A DNA stretch of 63,045 nucleotides, the filler included, from Chiloscyllium plagiosum (lineage: Eukaryota): NCBI RefSeq assembly GCF_004010195.1. It is 5 parts of one record of this genome, joined end to end, with 100 filler letters (N's around TTAATTAATTAA, not from the genome) between each part and the next. Parts side by side here need not be neighbours in the genome. Positions count along the whole stretch, not along the records: positions 18,925 to 39,498 come from NC_057717.1; 4 more parts are not named here. One strand, given 5' to 3'. Positions 23,392 to 37,139 of the stretch are shown piece after piece (position 1 is the stretch's first letter; each line of letters opens with the position of its first letter). The position numbers were made by a program, and so were the translations under genes. The notes beneath the pieces were generated by a model. The model was not told the DNA's origin, made no database searches, and saw only the letters and a program-made list of their open reading frames with translations.

Positions 23392-26300
23392 ATGGGTGTA
23401 AGGTTTATTATTATAACGTGTAACTTTTGTAAACCGCTTTGTCACAGCTCCCCAAATTTCCTTTGCTACAAGGAGAACAATCTCAGTTTTTCCAAACCCC
23501 TGATTCCCCAATGTCTGTTTGCTCTCTATAAGGTACACATCAGGGTTGTGTTGGAACATTATCCACTTGCCTGCATCAGTGCACCCCCCCCCCCCCCCCC
23601 CCCCCCCCCCCAACAGTATTAAAGAAAGTGAAAATCCTCCAGGATAAAGCACTGTACCTGAATGGTTTCCCATCCACCACCTTCAGCATTCCCTCTCCCC
23701 ACCCACGAGGCACAGTGGCATCACTGTGTAAAAGATCAAGTCAGCATTGTCCTACCCGACCATAGGACTGCTCTCTCATTAGAGAGAGAGATGTCTGGTA
23801 GTGGTTAACCTGAATATTACCACAGCGCAGGCAAGGGGAGAGGTTGAAAAGGAGAGTCCATTAAATGTGGATGATTATTCTTGACATGTATTAGCAACAC
23901 ACATGTCACGTGAACACTTAATGTTAAAAAAGCCCCACAAATTCTGCAACTAAAATCCCCCATTCCTTGAACCATCCTGGTAAATCTCCTGTGCCCCCTC
24001 TCAGGGACCCTGCCATCCTTCACTATGTGTGGGCAATCTGTGGTTCACACAGACCCAGCTGCTCTGAACCCTGTGTGTGATAGCATAGAGCAACACTTGC
24101 ACTAAACCTCACTGTCTGGAAGAGAGTGAGAGACAGAAATCCCGATGGCATTTAAAATTTATTTAGGAACATACTTGCAAGGCCAAGGCTGACAGGTCTA
24201 TGGGCTCTGTGCTGGAAAATGGGATTAAAATAGTTAGCTGGGAGATTTCTTTACAGTATAAACCCAATGGACCACAAAACTGTTTTCTGTTATGTAGACC
24301 ACAGACGCATAATATAGGAATATGACAAGCCATAATAGAAACCCGGTCAGAGAAGGTGATATTAGAATAGATGATGCGTGATTGATTAATGTTTTTTGGA
24401 GGAAAATGTGACAGAGGTTAAGCGGGACATTGTGGAGCTCTGGGTGCAGGAATATGAAATAAAAATGGGTTATCCTGAAGGCTGGAATTAAACAAAGGCA
24501 CATCATAGAGATTTGTGAGGGTGGACAAGAGAGGGTGTTGAGACTGGAGGAGATTAGAGATTGGAGGATGTTGCAGAGATTGAAATGTTTTTGGTGCAAA
24601 GATAGCGATAGTTCTGAGGCTAAAGAGGAATTATAGAGATAAGCATGAGTTGTTAGCTTTCCCAACACTACCTCTTTACTGATAATGATTGTTTCCCTGT
24701 CCTCATCTGCCATTGCCTCCATAGGTCTGCGACAATGAGAGTACACAGACAGTATGTTCCTGTTAAGGCCAAGGCTGGGAGGCGTCGAGAATGCTGCATG
24801 ACCTGCGAAATTGAGGCTCTGGTCAAGAAAATGAAAGCAGGATATGGCAGGTACAGACCACTGTTTGTGTGAATCCCTCGAGGGCAGTAGGAGTATGCTC
24901 GCGGGAAACCAGGAGGCAAAAAAGGGAACATGAGATAGCTTTGGGAAATAGGTTTAAGGAGAATCGAAAGAGATTCTACAAATACACTAAAGACAAAAGA
25001 ATAACTAGGCAGAGAATAGCGACCCTCAAAGTTCAACAAGATTGTCTATGGAACAACAGGAGGTGGGAGAGATTCTGTAAGTATTTCATGTCAGTTTTTA
25101 CTGAAAGGGGATATTGAAGTTAAAGAAGTTGGAGAAATAAATAGTGATAACTTGGCAAGTGTACATATTACAGAGGAGGAGGTACTGGATGTCTTAAAAT
25201 GCATAAAGGTGGATAAATCCCTGGAATCTGATCAGATGTATCCCAGAACTTTGTGGGTAATTAGGGAAGCTTTTGCTGGGCCTCTCGCTGCGATATTTGT
25301 ATCATCGATCGCCACAGGTGAAGTGCTGGAAGACTGGTGCCATTATTTGAGAAAGTTGGTAAGGAAAAGCCAGGGAACTATAGACCGGTGAGCCTGTCAG
25401 TAGCAGAGAAGTTGTTGGAAGGGATTCTCAGGGACAGGATTTACATGTCATTGGAAAAGCAAGAAATGATTAGGGAGAGTCAGCATGGCTTTGTGCATTG
25501 AAATCATTAACTTGGACTTGAGAAAGACACAAGGTTTCACATAACACACTGGTTAGCAGGTTAAACACCATAGAATTCTGGCGGAACTGGCTGTTTGGAT
25601 ACGGAATTGGCTGGAAGGTCAACGAGTCATAGATGGACAGCACAGAAACAGAGACCTGTCGGTCCAACCAGTATATGCTGATCAGATATCCCAACGCAAA
25701 CTCGTCCCACCTGTCAGCACCCGGCCCATATCCTTCCTATTCATATACACATGAAGATGCCTTTTAAATGTTGCAATCGTAATGGCCTCCACCACTTCCT
25801 CTGGCAGCTCATTCCATACACGTACCACCCTCTGTATGAAAACGTTGCCTCTCAATTCTCTTTAAAGTCTTTCCCCTCATATCATAAACCTATACCCTCT
25901 AGTGCTGCGTTCCCCCACGCCAGGGAAAAGACTTTGTCTATTTATCCTATCCATGCACCTCATGTTTTTATATACATCGATAAGATCTCAGGTCAGCCTC
26001 CGACGCTGCAGGGGAAACAGCCCCAGTCTATTCAACCTCTATTCAACCCCCAGCCTAGCTCCAATCCTCCAACCCTGGCAACGTTCTTGGAAATCTTTTC
26101 TGAACCCTTTCAAGTTTCACAACATCCTTCCAATAAGAGGGAGACCAGATTGGTATGCAACGTTCCAAAAGTGGCCTAACCAATGTCCTGTACAGCCGCA
26201 ACATGATCTCATAACTCCTGTACTCAATCCTTTGTCCAATAAAGGAAAGAATACCAAATGCCGCCTTCGCTATCCTAACCACCTGCACTCCAAGGTCTCT

Positions 26301-28030
26301 TTGTTCAGTAACACTCCTCAGGACCTTATCATTAAGTGTGTAAGTCCTGCTAAGATTTGCTCTCCCAAAATGCCACTCCTCAGCCCATTCACCCATTTGA
26401 TCAAGATCCCATTTTACTCTGAGGTAATCTTTTTCACTGTCCACGACACCTCCAGTTTTGGTGTCATCTCACTAACTATACCTCCTATGTTCACATCCAA
26501 GTCATTGATGTAAATGACAAAAGGTAGTGGATCCAGCAGTGATCCTTGTAACACTCCACTAGTCACAGGCCTCCAGTCTGAAAAGTAACACTCCATCACC
26601 ACCCTCTGTCTTCTGCCTTTGAGCCAGTTCTGTATCCAAATGGTTAGTTCTCCCTGTATGACATGAGCTCTAACCTTGCTGAGCAGTCAGTGTCATAGTG
26701 GAGGGTGCTTTTTGGACTGGAAGCCCGTGATGAGCAATATGCTGTCAGGCTGGGTGCTGGGTCCACTGCTTTTTGACATTTATATAAATGATTTCTATGT
26801 GAATATAGGAGCTATGGTTAGTAGGTTTACAATAGACACCAAAATTGGAGGTGCAATGGCCAGCAAAGTTACGTGAGAGTACAATGAGTCTCCGATAAAA
26901 TGGGCTGAGGATTGGCAGATGCAGTTTAATTTAGATATATGTGAGGTTCTGCATTTTGCAAAAGCAAATCAGGGTGGGACTTATATACTTAATGGGAAGG
27001 TCCTGCGGAGTGTTGCTGAACAAAGACACCTTGGAGTGCAGTTTCATAGTTCCTTGAAAGTGGAATCATAGATAGACAGGGTAGTGAAGAAAGTGTTTGG
27101 TGTACTTGCCTTTATTGGTCTGTGCATTGAGTACAGGGGTTGTGACGTCATTTTGCGGCTGTACAGGATATTCATTCGGCCACTTCTGGAATTCTGCTTT
27201 CAGTCCTGGTCTCCGCGCTATTGGAATGATATTATGAAACTTGAAAGGATTCAGAAAAGATGCAAAGATGTTTCCAGGGTTGAGGGATTGAGCTATAAGG
27301 AGAGGCTGAATAGACTGAGGCTGTTTTCACTGGAGAATCGGATGCTGAGAGGTGACCATAGAGGTTGATAAAATCGTTAGGGGCATGGATAGGGGAAACA
27401 GCCAGGGTCTTATTCCTGTTTAGGTGAGTCCAAAACTAGAAAGCACAGGCGTGAGGGAAAAGATTGAAAAGGGATATTAGGGGCAAAGTTTCAAGCTGAA
27501 CGTGGTATGTGTATGGAATGAGCTGCCAGATAAAGTGTGGAGGCTGGTACAGGTACAACATTTAAAAGGCATCTCATTGGATATGTGATTGGGAAAGGTT
27601 TAGAAGGCTATGGGCCAAGTGCTGGCATATGGGACGAGATTAATTTGGGATATCTGGTCGGCATGGACAAGTTGGACTGAAGGGTCTGTTTATGTGCTGT
27701 ATATCTCTATGGCACTAATAAATTAAAATTAAGATAGGTTTCTCTTTTATGGAGAGTTAGCAGAAGGTCAGACAATTCTCCTTGGAGCTGAGAAGGTTAA
27801 GCAGTGATTTCGACCAGGAGTTGATTTGTTTCCAGGGTATTTCATTTACAGAGAGACAGAGTGAGAAATTTTTAACGTCACAATTTTTAGTAACTACTTT
27901 CAGATAACTGGCAAATAATGCAAAGAAAAATGTGAAGATTATTTCACTCACTAAGTTCTGAGCATCTGGAACAGTTTGAAAGACAGCTGGATGCAATTCA
28001 GTAGTTATTGTCAAAACAAATTTGAAATTT

Positions 28031-28390
28031 AACATTTTTAAGGAAGGATTTGGAGGGCTATGTCCAAATGGGAGGTGAGTTGGAACTGACTGGCACCATC
28101 TCCGGAGAGAGAGAGAGAGTACCGACCCAATGGGCGGAATATCCCCCAGCACCTGTGCTCTGTGATACTGACCCATTCACTGTGAATGATGAAGCTCATC
28201 ACAGGGCAGAGCAACTTTTTTAAGGAAGGATTTGGAGGGCTATGTCAAAATGGAAGGTGAGTTGGGACTGACTGGCACCATCTCCAGAGGGAGAGTGTAC
28301 AGCCCCAATGGGCTGAATAAACCCCAGCCCCTGTGCTCTATGATACTGACCCATTCACTGTGAATGATGAAGCTCATCACAGAGCAGAGC
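28031..28390 (+). repeat. ~182-bp tandem duplication in copy B
   Basis: TTTTAAGGAAGGATTTGGAGGGCTATGTC...GAAGCTCATCACAG occurs twice. Copy A has a single unit at ~11785-11930. Confidence 0.85.
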
Positions 28391-31300
28391 CGTAGAGCTG
28401 TACAGTATGAGAATAAACCCTTTGGTTAAACTGGTCCATGCTGACCAGATATTCCAACCTAATCTAGTCCCATTTGCCAACACTTAGCACATATCACTCT
28501 ACACCCATCCTATTCATATACCCATCCAGATGCCAAATGGTATAATTGTACCAACATCCTCCACTTCCTGACAGAAGATTCCATACACGCACCAACCTCA
28601 ATGGGGAAAAAAAATTGCCCCTCTGATCCATTTTAAATTCATCCCCTCTCATCTTAAACATATGCCCTCTCATTCTGGACTCCCCCACCCCAGGGAAATG
28701 ACCTTGTCTATTTATCCTACCCATGCCCCTCATGATTTTAAAAATCTCTGAGGTCACCCCTCAGCCTCTGATGCACCTGGGAGGATCCCACCACTCAGGT
28801 CACAATGGGGCCTGGCTGATTGACACGGCTTCAGACCAATAGGAGAGTTGGCGTGATCCTCCAGCCAATGGGAGTGAATGAGGGGTGGGTCCTGCAGGCC
28901 AACACATGACCATCAGCTTTGCAGGCGCAGTGTCACTGTGAGGGGGGACTGAATGTGAAGGAGTGGGTGAGACTGCAGAGACTGGGAGAGAGATGGAGTT
29001 AGTGTGAACTGGGAGGGTTGATAAACAATGTTTCAGTCTGCTGGACCTGAATTAGATACTCTGAGTAAATTAGAACCAAAAGAACTGCAGATGCTGTAAA
29101 TCACACACAAGAACCAGAAGGTACTGGAAAAGCTCAGCAGATCTGGCAGCATCTGTGAAAAGAAATCAGTTCGCATTTTCGATCCAGTGACGCTTCCTCA
29201 GGAACTGATGTTACTGAGAAAAAAATATCTGTTTTTATGCAGAAGGTAGGGGTTAAGGAGTAAATGATAGGTGGGGATAGAGTCCAAAGAGAGAGTAAAT
29301 GATAGGTGGGGATAGAGTCCAAAGAGAGAGATAGGAGCAGTTGGACAAAGAGGTGGATAACGATCTATCAGAAATGTGGGTGGTGGAATACGGCTGAGAG
29401 ATAAATAGGGAGGGGTGTTTGGGGTTGGGGGAAGGGAGCTAGGGAGGCAATAGGTGGTTATAGATGGAGGGTAGTGGTGAGAGGGTGGAATGGATAATTG
29501 GGAAGGAAGATGGCCAGGTGGGACTGTTCAAGAGGCCAGTGCCGAGTTGGAGGGTTGAATCTGAGATAAGGTGGGGGAGGGGAGATGAGGAAACCTTGAT
29601 GCCATGTGGTTGAAATTTCCCAAGGTGGAAGATGAGGTGTTCTTCCTCCAGGTGTCGGGTGGTTCGGATTTGGGGATGGAGGACTTGCATGTCCTTGGCA
29701 GCGTGGTGACGGAGGGGGGTGGGGGTAGCCGAAATGGTCGGCCACAGGGCGGTGGTGTTGGTTGGTACATGTGTCCCAGAAATGTTCCCTGAAATACTCC
29801 ACAATTTGGCGTCCCGAGAGCAAGGGACACAATAGGTGAGGTGTTTGGGTGGGCAGGGAAATCTCTGCTGGATGTGGGAGGATCCAGTGGTTCCTTGGAT
29901 GGAGGTGAGGGGAAGGTGTGGGCAAAGGTTTTCCACCTCTTGCAGCGGCAAGCGAAGGTGCCTGGAGTGGAGGGTGGGTTGGTGGGGAGTGTGGATCTAA
30001 CATGGAAGTCACAGAGGGTGTGGTATCTGTGGAATGCTGAAAGGGGTGGGGAGGGAAATATATCTCAGGTGGTTGGATCTGATGGTGGAAATAGCAGAGG
30101 ATGATGCGTTGTATCTGGGTGGAAGGTGAGGATGGTGGGATTCCATCTTGCATTTGAAGGGGTGGGGTTCAAGGGCAGTGGTTTGGGAAGTGAAGGAGAT
30201 ATACTGGAGAGTATTGTTGACCACATGTGAGGGGAAATTGCAGTCCTTGAAATAGGAAGCCATTTGGTTTGTTCTGAAGTGTTCTTCCAGTTTGCATAAA
30301 ACTTCACTGGAACACCGCAGTAAGCATGAGACAGCGATGTTGGACAGGGAACAGTCTTGTGTGTTAAAGTGCAGGCGACTGGAAGCTCAAGGTCTTTTTT
30401 GCAGGCACAATGTAGATCATCAGACCCCATTTCCACCACCGCCACTGAGATGCTAGAAGGTTCCTGTCTCCTCCATTAACAGCTTTCCACCTTCCCACTC
30501 CTTTATCTTTCCAAATAATCCTGTGTCGCTTTGGGCTTTGTCCCCACCTATTATTTACTCTTTAACCCCTATCTCCTGTAGTCCAAAGATCTGTAGGTTA
30601 GGTGAATTGGCCCAGCTAAGTTTCCCGTAGTGTTCAGTGATGTGCATTAGTCCGGGGAAATGGAGAGTAATCGAGTAGGAGGATGGGTCTGGGTGGGATA
30701 AACTTCGGAGGGTGGGTGTGGAATTGTTGGGCCAAAGGGCCTGTTTCCTGATGGGATTCTATATTTTCCCAGCTGTCATCGGTTCTGAGGAAGGGTCACT
30801 GGATCCATGATGACCCTTGGTGTGTGCAGGAGGCGGAAAGGGGAGAGTGGCAGCAGAAACCGGATGAAATATATCGGTGTAGACTGGGAGGGTTTAGTTA
30901 CACTCTGTGCCAGTCATTAGTCTGAATTAGAAACTCTTGGTCCCACGTTTGCAGCAAAGGGGAAGATGGCTTGTGCCTCAGGCAGTGAGAGGTCCTGAGT
31001 TATGGCCGTCATCTTTATTTGGGGCAAGGTACCGCAAGGAGCATGCACGTGTCCTCTTCCTGGGTGGGGGAGGGGTGATTTGAAGAGGAACATTTACACA
31101 TCAAACACATACCAAGAGAAGTGTTTGCCTTCACTATTCATCTTACACTGATTGAGCTTTGTTTTGTGAATTCATTTTATAGGATATTAATTGAGAATAA
31201 TTGAGACTGGGATCTCAATAAACAATTTTCTACAGTCAGCGGAGTCATCAGGATCTGAATATCATTGGCATTTAACTGTGGAACGAGAAAGGTTTGTCTG

Positions 31301-32096
31301 TTCTGTCTGGGAAAATATCTTCAATATTTTTGTCAAGCCAAAAGCAGAAAGATGTTCAAATTCATGGTTGGATCACCCTTGGGGTATGTGTTCAATTCTT
31401 GGCCCTGCAGCTGTGGAAGGAGGTATTGGCCTGAGAGAGAGCACAGATTTATCCAAATTACACCTCGTCTTTTTGCAGGAACTGTCAGATTTAGTCTCAA
31501 TCATCCACTCTATAATGTTAATCTGTAAACTCCCTACTTACAGTTCACTGCAAATTTCTCATTGATATTCCTTGTGGACTCAAATTCCAGCACCATTTCA
31601 GGTGGAACATTCCAGATTCTGACAACTGTCTGTTCATTCAGAAACTGCTGAAGTCCATTTTGACTCTGGGGTTACAAAGGGCTGAATTGAAAGATGAGAT
31701 GCTGGTCCTGAGCTCCCATTGAGGTGCATTTGAACAGTACAGGAGGCTGAGGGCAGTATAGGTGTGAGCAGACCTATGAAAATGACAGGGCTGCACTGAG
31801 AGTGCTGCTTGGCTCAATGAGAGTGTTTTGCAGTTGGGTGTAAATAGTGAGGTGAGACAGGAAGAAGCTGAAGCTGAAACTCAGTTTTAGTTCAGGCCTT
31901 TCAGAAATTCACAGTCTCAATGGGAATAGCCAATTTGTCAGTGATACCTGCGGAGTACTTAACATTTTAAAGTATGACATATCAGCTTAAGTAAAGATTT
32001 TTTTTGTTATTATAATGGGCATGTTTGAAGTGAAGGAAGGTTGCTCACTCATTTAAATTCTCTTAATGGGAGTAACTAGATGAATGTAGAGAGACG

Positions 32097-33040
32097 TGAC
32101 AGGAGCCCTCAGACCCGTGGTGTGCTCCTCTTGCACAATGTGGGAAATAAGGGACGCTTCCAGTCTCCCTGACGGCTATATGTGCAGGAAAGGTTCCCAT
32201 CTGCAGCTATTGGGAAACTGCTTTTCAGAGCTGGAGCTGAGTGGACTCACTGTGGAGCATCTGCAATACTGAGAATGTTATGGACAGCACGTTTATTGAG
32301 TTAGTCACACTGCAGGTTAGGGTTACGCAGGCGGAAAGGGAATGGGTGAACATCAGATCTAGTAAAAGGCTCAGGAAGCGAGTACAGGAGTCCCCCGTTG
32401 TTATCCCCTTCTCATACAGATACTGTATACCGCTTGGGATTCTATAAGGGTGGGAATGGGTGGGGTGGCTTCTCCGGAATTCAGCAACAGCCAGTTTCAT
32501 GACACCACAGAGAGCTCTGCTGATCAGAACAAGAGGACTGAGAGTGGCAGGGCTATAGTGACAGGGGATTCAATACTCAGGGGTACAACCAGGCACTTCT
32601 GTGCCCACAGACATGAATCCCCCTGGTGCCAAGATCCATGATATCATGGAGTGGCTGCAGGACATTCTGGAACTGGAGGGTAAACAGCCCGTGGCCGTGC
32701 AACACACAGATACCAACGACATCGCAAAACAGAGGGATGAGGGCCTGAAAGTTGGACATAGGGAGAGCAGAGATGCATTAAAATGTAGCTCCTGAAATGT
32801 AATAATGTCAGACTTACTCCCAGTGCCATGTGCTAATGAGAGCAGGAATGAGAAGGTAGATCAGCTGGATGTGTGGCTGGGGAAATGGTGTACCAGAGAA
32901 GGGTTTTGATTCTTCAGGCACTGAGACTGTTTCTGGGTTAGGTGGGACCTATACCAGCCTGACCGGTTACCCCTGGGCAGAGCTGAGACAAATCTGGTGG
33001 GGGCTTTTGCCAGTTCTATTGGTGAATTTGTAACTAGTCT
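32097..33040 (+). mobile_element. CR1 LINE ORF1 remnant (copy B, extends past the point where copy A hits the gap)
   Basis: Paralog of 16245-17097, with IVTGDSILRG and PGAKIHDI. Confidence 0.85.
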
Positions 33041-33269
33041 GACAGGGGGATGGGAACTAAAGTGTAGGCTTAGATGGGTCAGGTTCAGGACAGGGAATGG
33101 GAGAAAGAATATTAGTGATGTAGTTAGCGGCTCAGAAAGCCAAAGGAAAGGAGGATTAAACGAAGATTGAGTCCCTCTTCAGCCATCAGTCCTGACATCC
33201 CAGGAATGTGAGTCAACAAAATATGGAGCTGTATACATGTCTATGACTCTGTGCTTCAGCAAAATGGTG

Positions 33270-33920
33270 GAAATCTGCAATAAAAACAAAAAGCGCTGGA
33301 GATCCTCAGCAAGTCTGGCAGCATCTGAAATGGTGACAGATACAGGAAACATTGCAGCCTTGAAGAAGTGTTTAGATGATCACACCAAGCACTACAATAT
33401 CGGTTACACGCTGAGTGCCAGAACGTGGGACTAGCATAAATAGGTGCTTGATGACCAGCATGAATACGATGGGGCTGGAAAGTTGACGTTTCGGGTCAGG
33501 GCTATTTATCAAGATGACAAAGGGTCCCGACCCAAAACATCAACCTTCCTGCTCCTCTGATGCTGCCTGACCTGCTGCACCTCCCCAGGTCCACATTGTA
33601 CAGACTCTGACTTCCAGCATCTGCAGTCCTTAACTATCTTCACATCCCTGGACTCATCTGGTGATCCTCCTTTACACTCTCTCAATAACCAGGAGAGCCT
33701 TCCTTGGAAAAGGGGAACAAAGGTGTAGAGTAGTCCAGGTGTGGTCTCACCAAGGCCCTTCCAGAAAGGGATCCCTGCCCCCATCTTCTCCATATTGGTC
33801 ATCAAGCACACATGCCTGGAGTGATCATCTAAACACTTCTTCAAGGCTGCAATGTTTCCTGCATCTGTCACCATTTCAGATGCTGCCAGACCTGCTGAGG
33901 ATCTCCAGCACTTTGTTTTC
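33270..33920. repeat. Inverted duplication around Penelope-like terminal fragments and a CR1 scrap
   Basis: GCTGGAGATCCTCAGCA...TTTAGATGATCAC (~33295-33383) is inverted at ~33821-33910. The centre 33478-33630 resembles the 40349 element. Confidence 0.7.
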
Positions 33921-33924
33921 TCTG

Positions 33925-34250
33925 CTGTAGAGTATTGAAAGGGGGGATTTGCAGTTGAGAAATTCAAATTGAACTTCATGTTCAGATGTGATAATTACTC
34001 GATCCGTGCTGATCTGAATATCATTGGCCTTTTCATCTGGATGGAAAGGTGTGCATTCTGTCCATGGACGAATATTTCAAATGTCAGTGTGACTGGAAAA
34101 AAGTACTGAGACAGCGAAGTCCATGTGAGCGTGGTAACTGTGGAGAGTGATTTCATTGGTTTTTGAAAGTCTAAAAAATCATGGCACATTTCCCTGAACA
34201 GATAAGCCACAGATTGGTTTTGTATGAGGACCATTAACCATGAAACCAGA
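33925..34250 (+). pseudogene. Highly degenerate C2H2 zinc-finger exon remnant
   Basis: Shares GATTTGCAG...CAAA...TCA.GT.CAGAT with 37713 and GATCTGAATATCATTGGC with 15414. Decayed C..CG..F pattern with stops. Confidence 0.3.
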
Positions 34251-34409
34251 AAGACAAAAGGATTTCTGCATCATTGAAAAAGCTCTGAAAATGGGATTGT
34301 TGTAACGGAGTGAATTATAGATCATTGATTGTAATCCATTGGCGTTGTCATGTCGGTTCCAGTGCCTTGGGGAAACACGGGAAATGTGATGAATGCAGTG
34401 AAGGTTTCA

Positions 34410-34895
34410 GTTATTAAACTGGAAAGGTGCAGAAGAAATTTACAAGGATGATGCCAGGTCTCAGGGGTCTGAGTTACAGGGAGAGGTTGGACAAGCGAGG
34501 ACTTTTATGTTTAGAGCAGAGGAAACTGCGGGGGAATATTTTATAGAAGTGTATAAGACCATGAGAGGCATGGGTAAGGTGAATGCACTCGATTTTTTCC
34601 CCAGGGACTCAAGGATTGGAGGGCATCAGGTTAATGTTAGAGGAGAAAGAATACATGGGAACCTGAGGGGCAACTGTTGTACACAAAGGTGGTATGTATA
34701 TGGAATGAGCTGCCAGTGGAAGTGGTTGAGGTGGGTATATTAACAACAAGTAAAAGACATTTGGACAAATACATGGATAGGAAAGTTTCAGAAGCAGATG
34801 GGCCAAGTGCAGGGAAATGGGGTTAGCGTGGATGGACATTCTGATTGGCATGGGCCAAAGGGCCAGTCTCTGCTGCAGGACGCTATAACTCTAAG
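34410..34895 (+). mobile_element. CR1 LINE 3' end
   Basis: IEVYKTMRGM and LRGN..TQR. Tail CTATAACTCTAAG. Confidence 0.85.
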
Positions 34896-36075
34896 TGCAT
34901 TTGCTATTTCTCCCCCTAACTCTGTTGGTATCATGGGATGTATTCCATCAGGGCAAGGAGACTTGTCTACCTTTAGCTCTATTAGCTTGCCCAGCTCTAA
35001 CTCTTTCGTGATAATGGTTGGTTCTTGGTCCTCGCCTTCCTCAGTCTCCTTATCAATTACTGGCATGTTCTTCGTATCCTCCACTGTGAAGACTGACTGC
35101 TGTGTGCTCATATTCCTGAACTCTGCTGGATAGGAATAACTAGGCACAGAACTCTGAGAGGTTTTCTTTGAGTCTTTATTGATGAGGCACGGCAGCTACC
35201 TGGATACATGCGAAACGCCTTCAGGCAGCATCAGGTAACTCCCCGCCTGTCTGGTGTACGCTCTCATTCTTATACCTTTTGTGGTTTGTGACTTTGAATA
35301 CAGACTGTCTCTCAATATTATCTCCATGGCAACAGCAATTCAAAAGTCTAGTTCAGTTCAGCACTTTGTGGTTAAACCACACCCCCGTGGCTCCCTCAAG
35401 TACCTGACAGGCGCTTCAGTTTCAGTGGGGCTGTCTGTCGGGATTCTGATGTGGAGGAGCCGGGGTTGGGATGGGATGGACAAAGTTAAAAACCACACAA
35501 CACCAGGTTATAGTCCAACAGGTTTATTTGGAAATACAAGTTTTTGGAGTGTGCTGTGATTTTTAACTTGATCAGGATTGTCTCTATAGTAACAGTTAAG
35601 TGCTTCAACAATTACAGAGTCCATATGTTCCCCACACAATAGGTTTCCCTCGAGCAGTGTAAACTGTTATTCTGGCCATGGGGATAGCTACTCATCACTT
35701 TTTATCCCCAATTCCATCATGCTTTCTGTTGATCTTTGAAGTTTTTCCAATCTCCGAATTTATCCTTGGTCTTTGCCAATTTGTATGCCTTTGTACTTTA
35801 ATTTCGTAGACTCCCTTATTTCCTTAGACATGGTAGATTACTCCTTGTTCTACAGTCCTTCCTTTTCACTGATATATACTTTTGCTGAGAAATTTGAAAA
35901 ATTACTTTGAAATTCCTCCACTGTCTGTCAACTGTCCCACAGTAAAGTCTTTGCTTCCCGTCTGCATGAGCCAACTCCTGCCTCATCCTATTGTAGTTTC
36001 ATTTGTTTAAACACAGTATCTTGGGGTTGGATTTAATATTCCCGCTTTCCATCTGTGTTCTAAATTCAACCAGAC
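34896..36075 (-). mobile_element. CR1 ORF2 fragments interrupted by other inserts (~35098-35697)
   Basis: Minus ORF SVFTVEDT...LKVDKSPCPDGIHP. 35700-36075 resembles the reverse complement of the CR1 region at 1050-1260. Confidence 0.7.
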
Positions 36076-36653
36076 TTATGACAAGTCTTTTTATCAGATT
36101 ACGAGGGGAGGCAATGTTTCCTGGGTGTTTTGGGTTTCATTGTCAGCGACCTTGACTTTGTAATAAAGTACAGGATAGATATTCACAACAGAGTATTCTG
36201 GACGCTGTGAATGTACTACTATCTAAAACCATAAATCACTCTCTCCCCTCAGTTTAAAATTGCAAAATCATTATCTCCTGCACGCTTCCTCACTCTGTCA
36301 GTGTGGAACTCTAATCCACCTGACTATCCTGCTGTTTCTGAAAATCTCCTTTGGTGAAGATGGGTGAGTTTTGGATTCATCTTTCTGGTTATTACCATAA
36401 GAAGATAAGCACTGGGCACAAGAGAGGAAATGCAGCCCTTCGAACCAGCTCCACCATTTAATACGGTGATGATTCAGCTCACGTCGGTCTCAGCTGGATT
36501 TTTCCGCCTGCTCTCTCTCACACTTCAACTCATTGTAAATTAAACCTCTGTATCTCTTCATTAAATTTGCTCATGTCTTGGCATCCACCGCATTTTGAAT
36601 AGGAAATTCCACAGATTCACAACACATTGAGATAGGTACATTCTTCTTCATGA

Positions 36654-36989
36654 GAATAGAATAGAGTCCCTATAGTGCAGAAACAGAGTATTCATCCATC
36701 GATTCCACACCAACCTTATGATGAGCATCCCATTCAGACCACCCATTCCCTATAACCCTGCATTTCCTGTGGCGAATTGTCTAACCAGCACATGCATGGA
36801 CTCTGTGGGCAATTTGGCATGACCAATCCACCTAACCTGCACATCTTTGGACTGTGGGAGGAAACTGGAGCACCGAACAAAACCATGCACACATGGGGAG
36901 AATGTGTAAACTCCACACAGTTGCCTAATGCTGGAATCAAACTCGGGTCCCTGACGCTGTGAGACAGCAGTGCTAGCCACTGAGCCACC
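36654..36989 (-). mobile_element. HE1-like tRNA-derived SINE (diverged)
   Basis: Minus strand GGTGGCTCAGTGGCTAGCACTGCTG (A box) and GAGTTTGATTCC (B box). (TTCTA)n-type tail. Confidence 0.85.
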
Positions 36990-37139
36990 TCTGCTTAAAA
37001 TCTGCTGCCCATTATAAACCTCCCCATCCCGCAATTGGCTGAATGTATATTCCTTACATCAGAAATCGGGATGTCTAAGCTGATGTCTCAGTAAATCCCA
37101 GTGACAGCTCACATGTCCTGCGAGTCTGAATGGATATCC

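Larger units (their letters stand above)
19045..32943 (+). repeat. Tandem segmental duplication, copy B
   Basis: Colinear with 3922-17097. The offset changes from 15123 to 15846 because of indels. Confidence 0.97.

Noticed and set aside
21352..23622. Poly-proline ORFs (21352-21543, 23377-23622)
   Set aside because: They derive from C-rich or poly-C tracts that are absent or shorter in copy A.
35178..35232. TGATGA...GAAAC hammerhead-like string
   Set aside because: It lacks C3, a convincing helix II and an NUH site with helix I, so it is likely chance.
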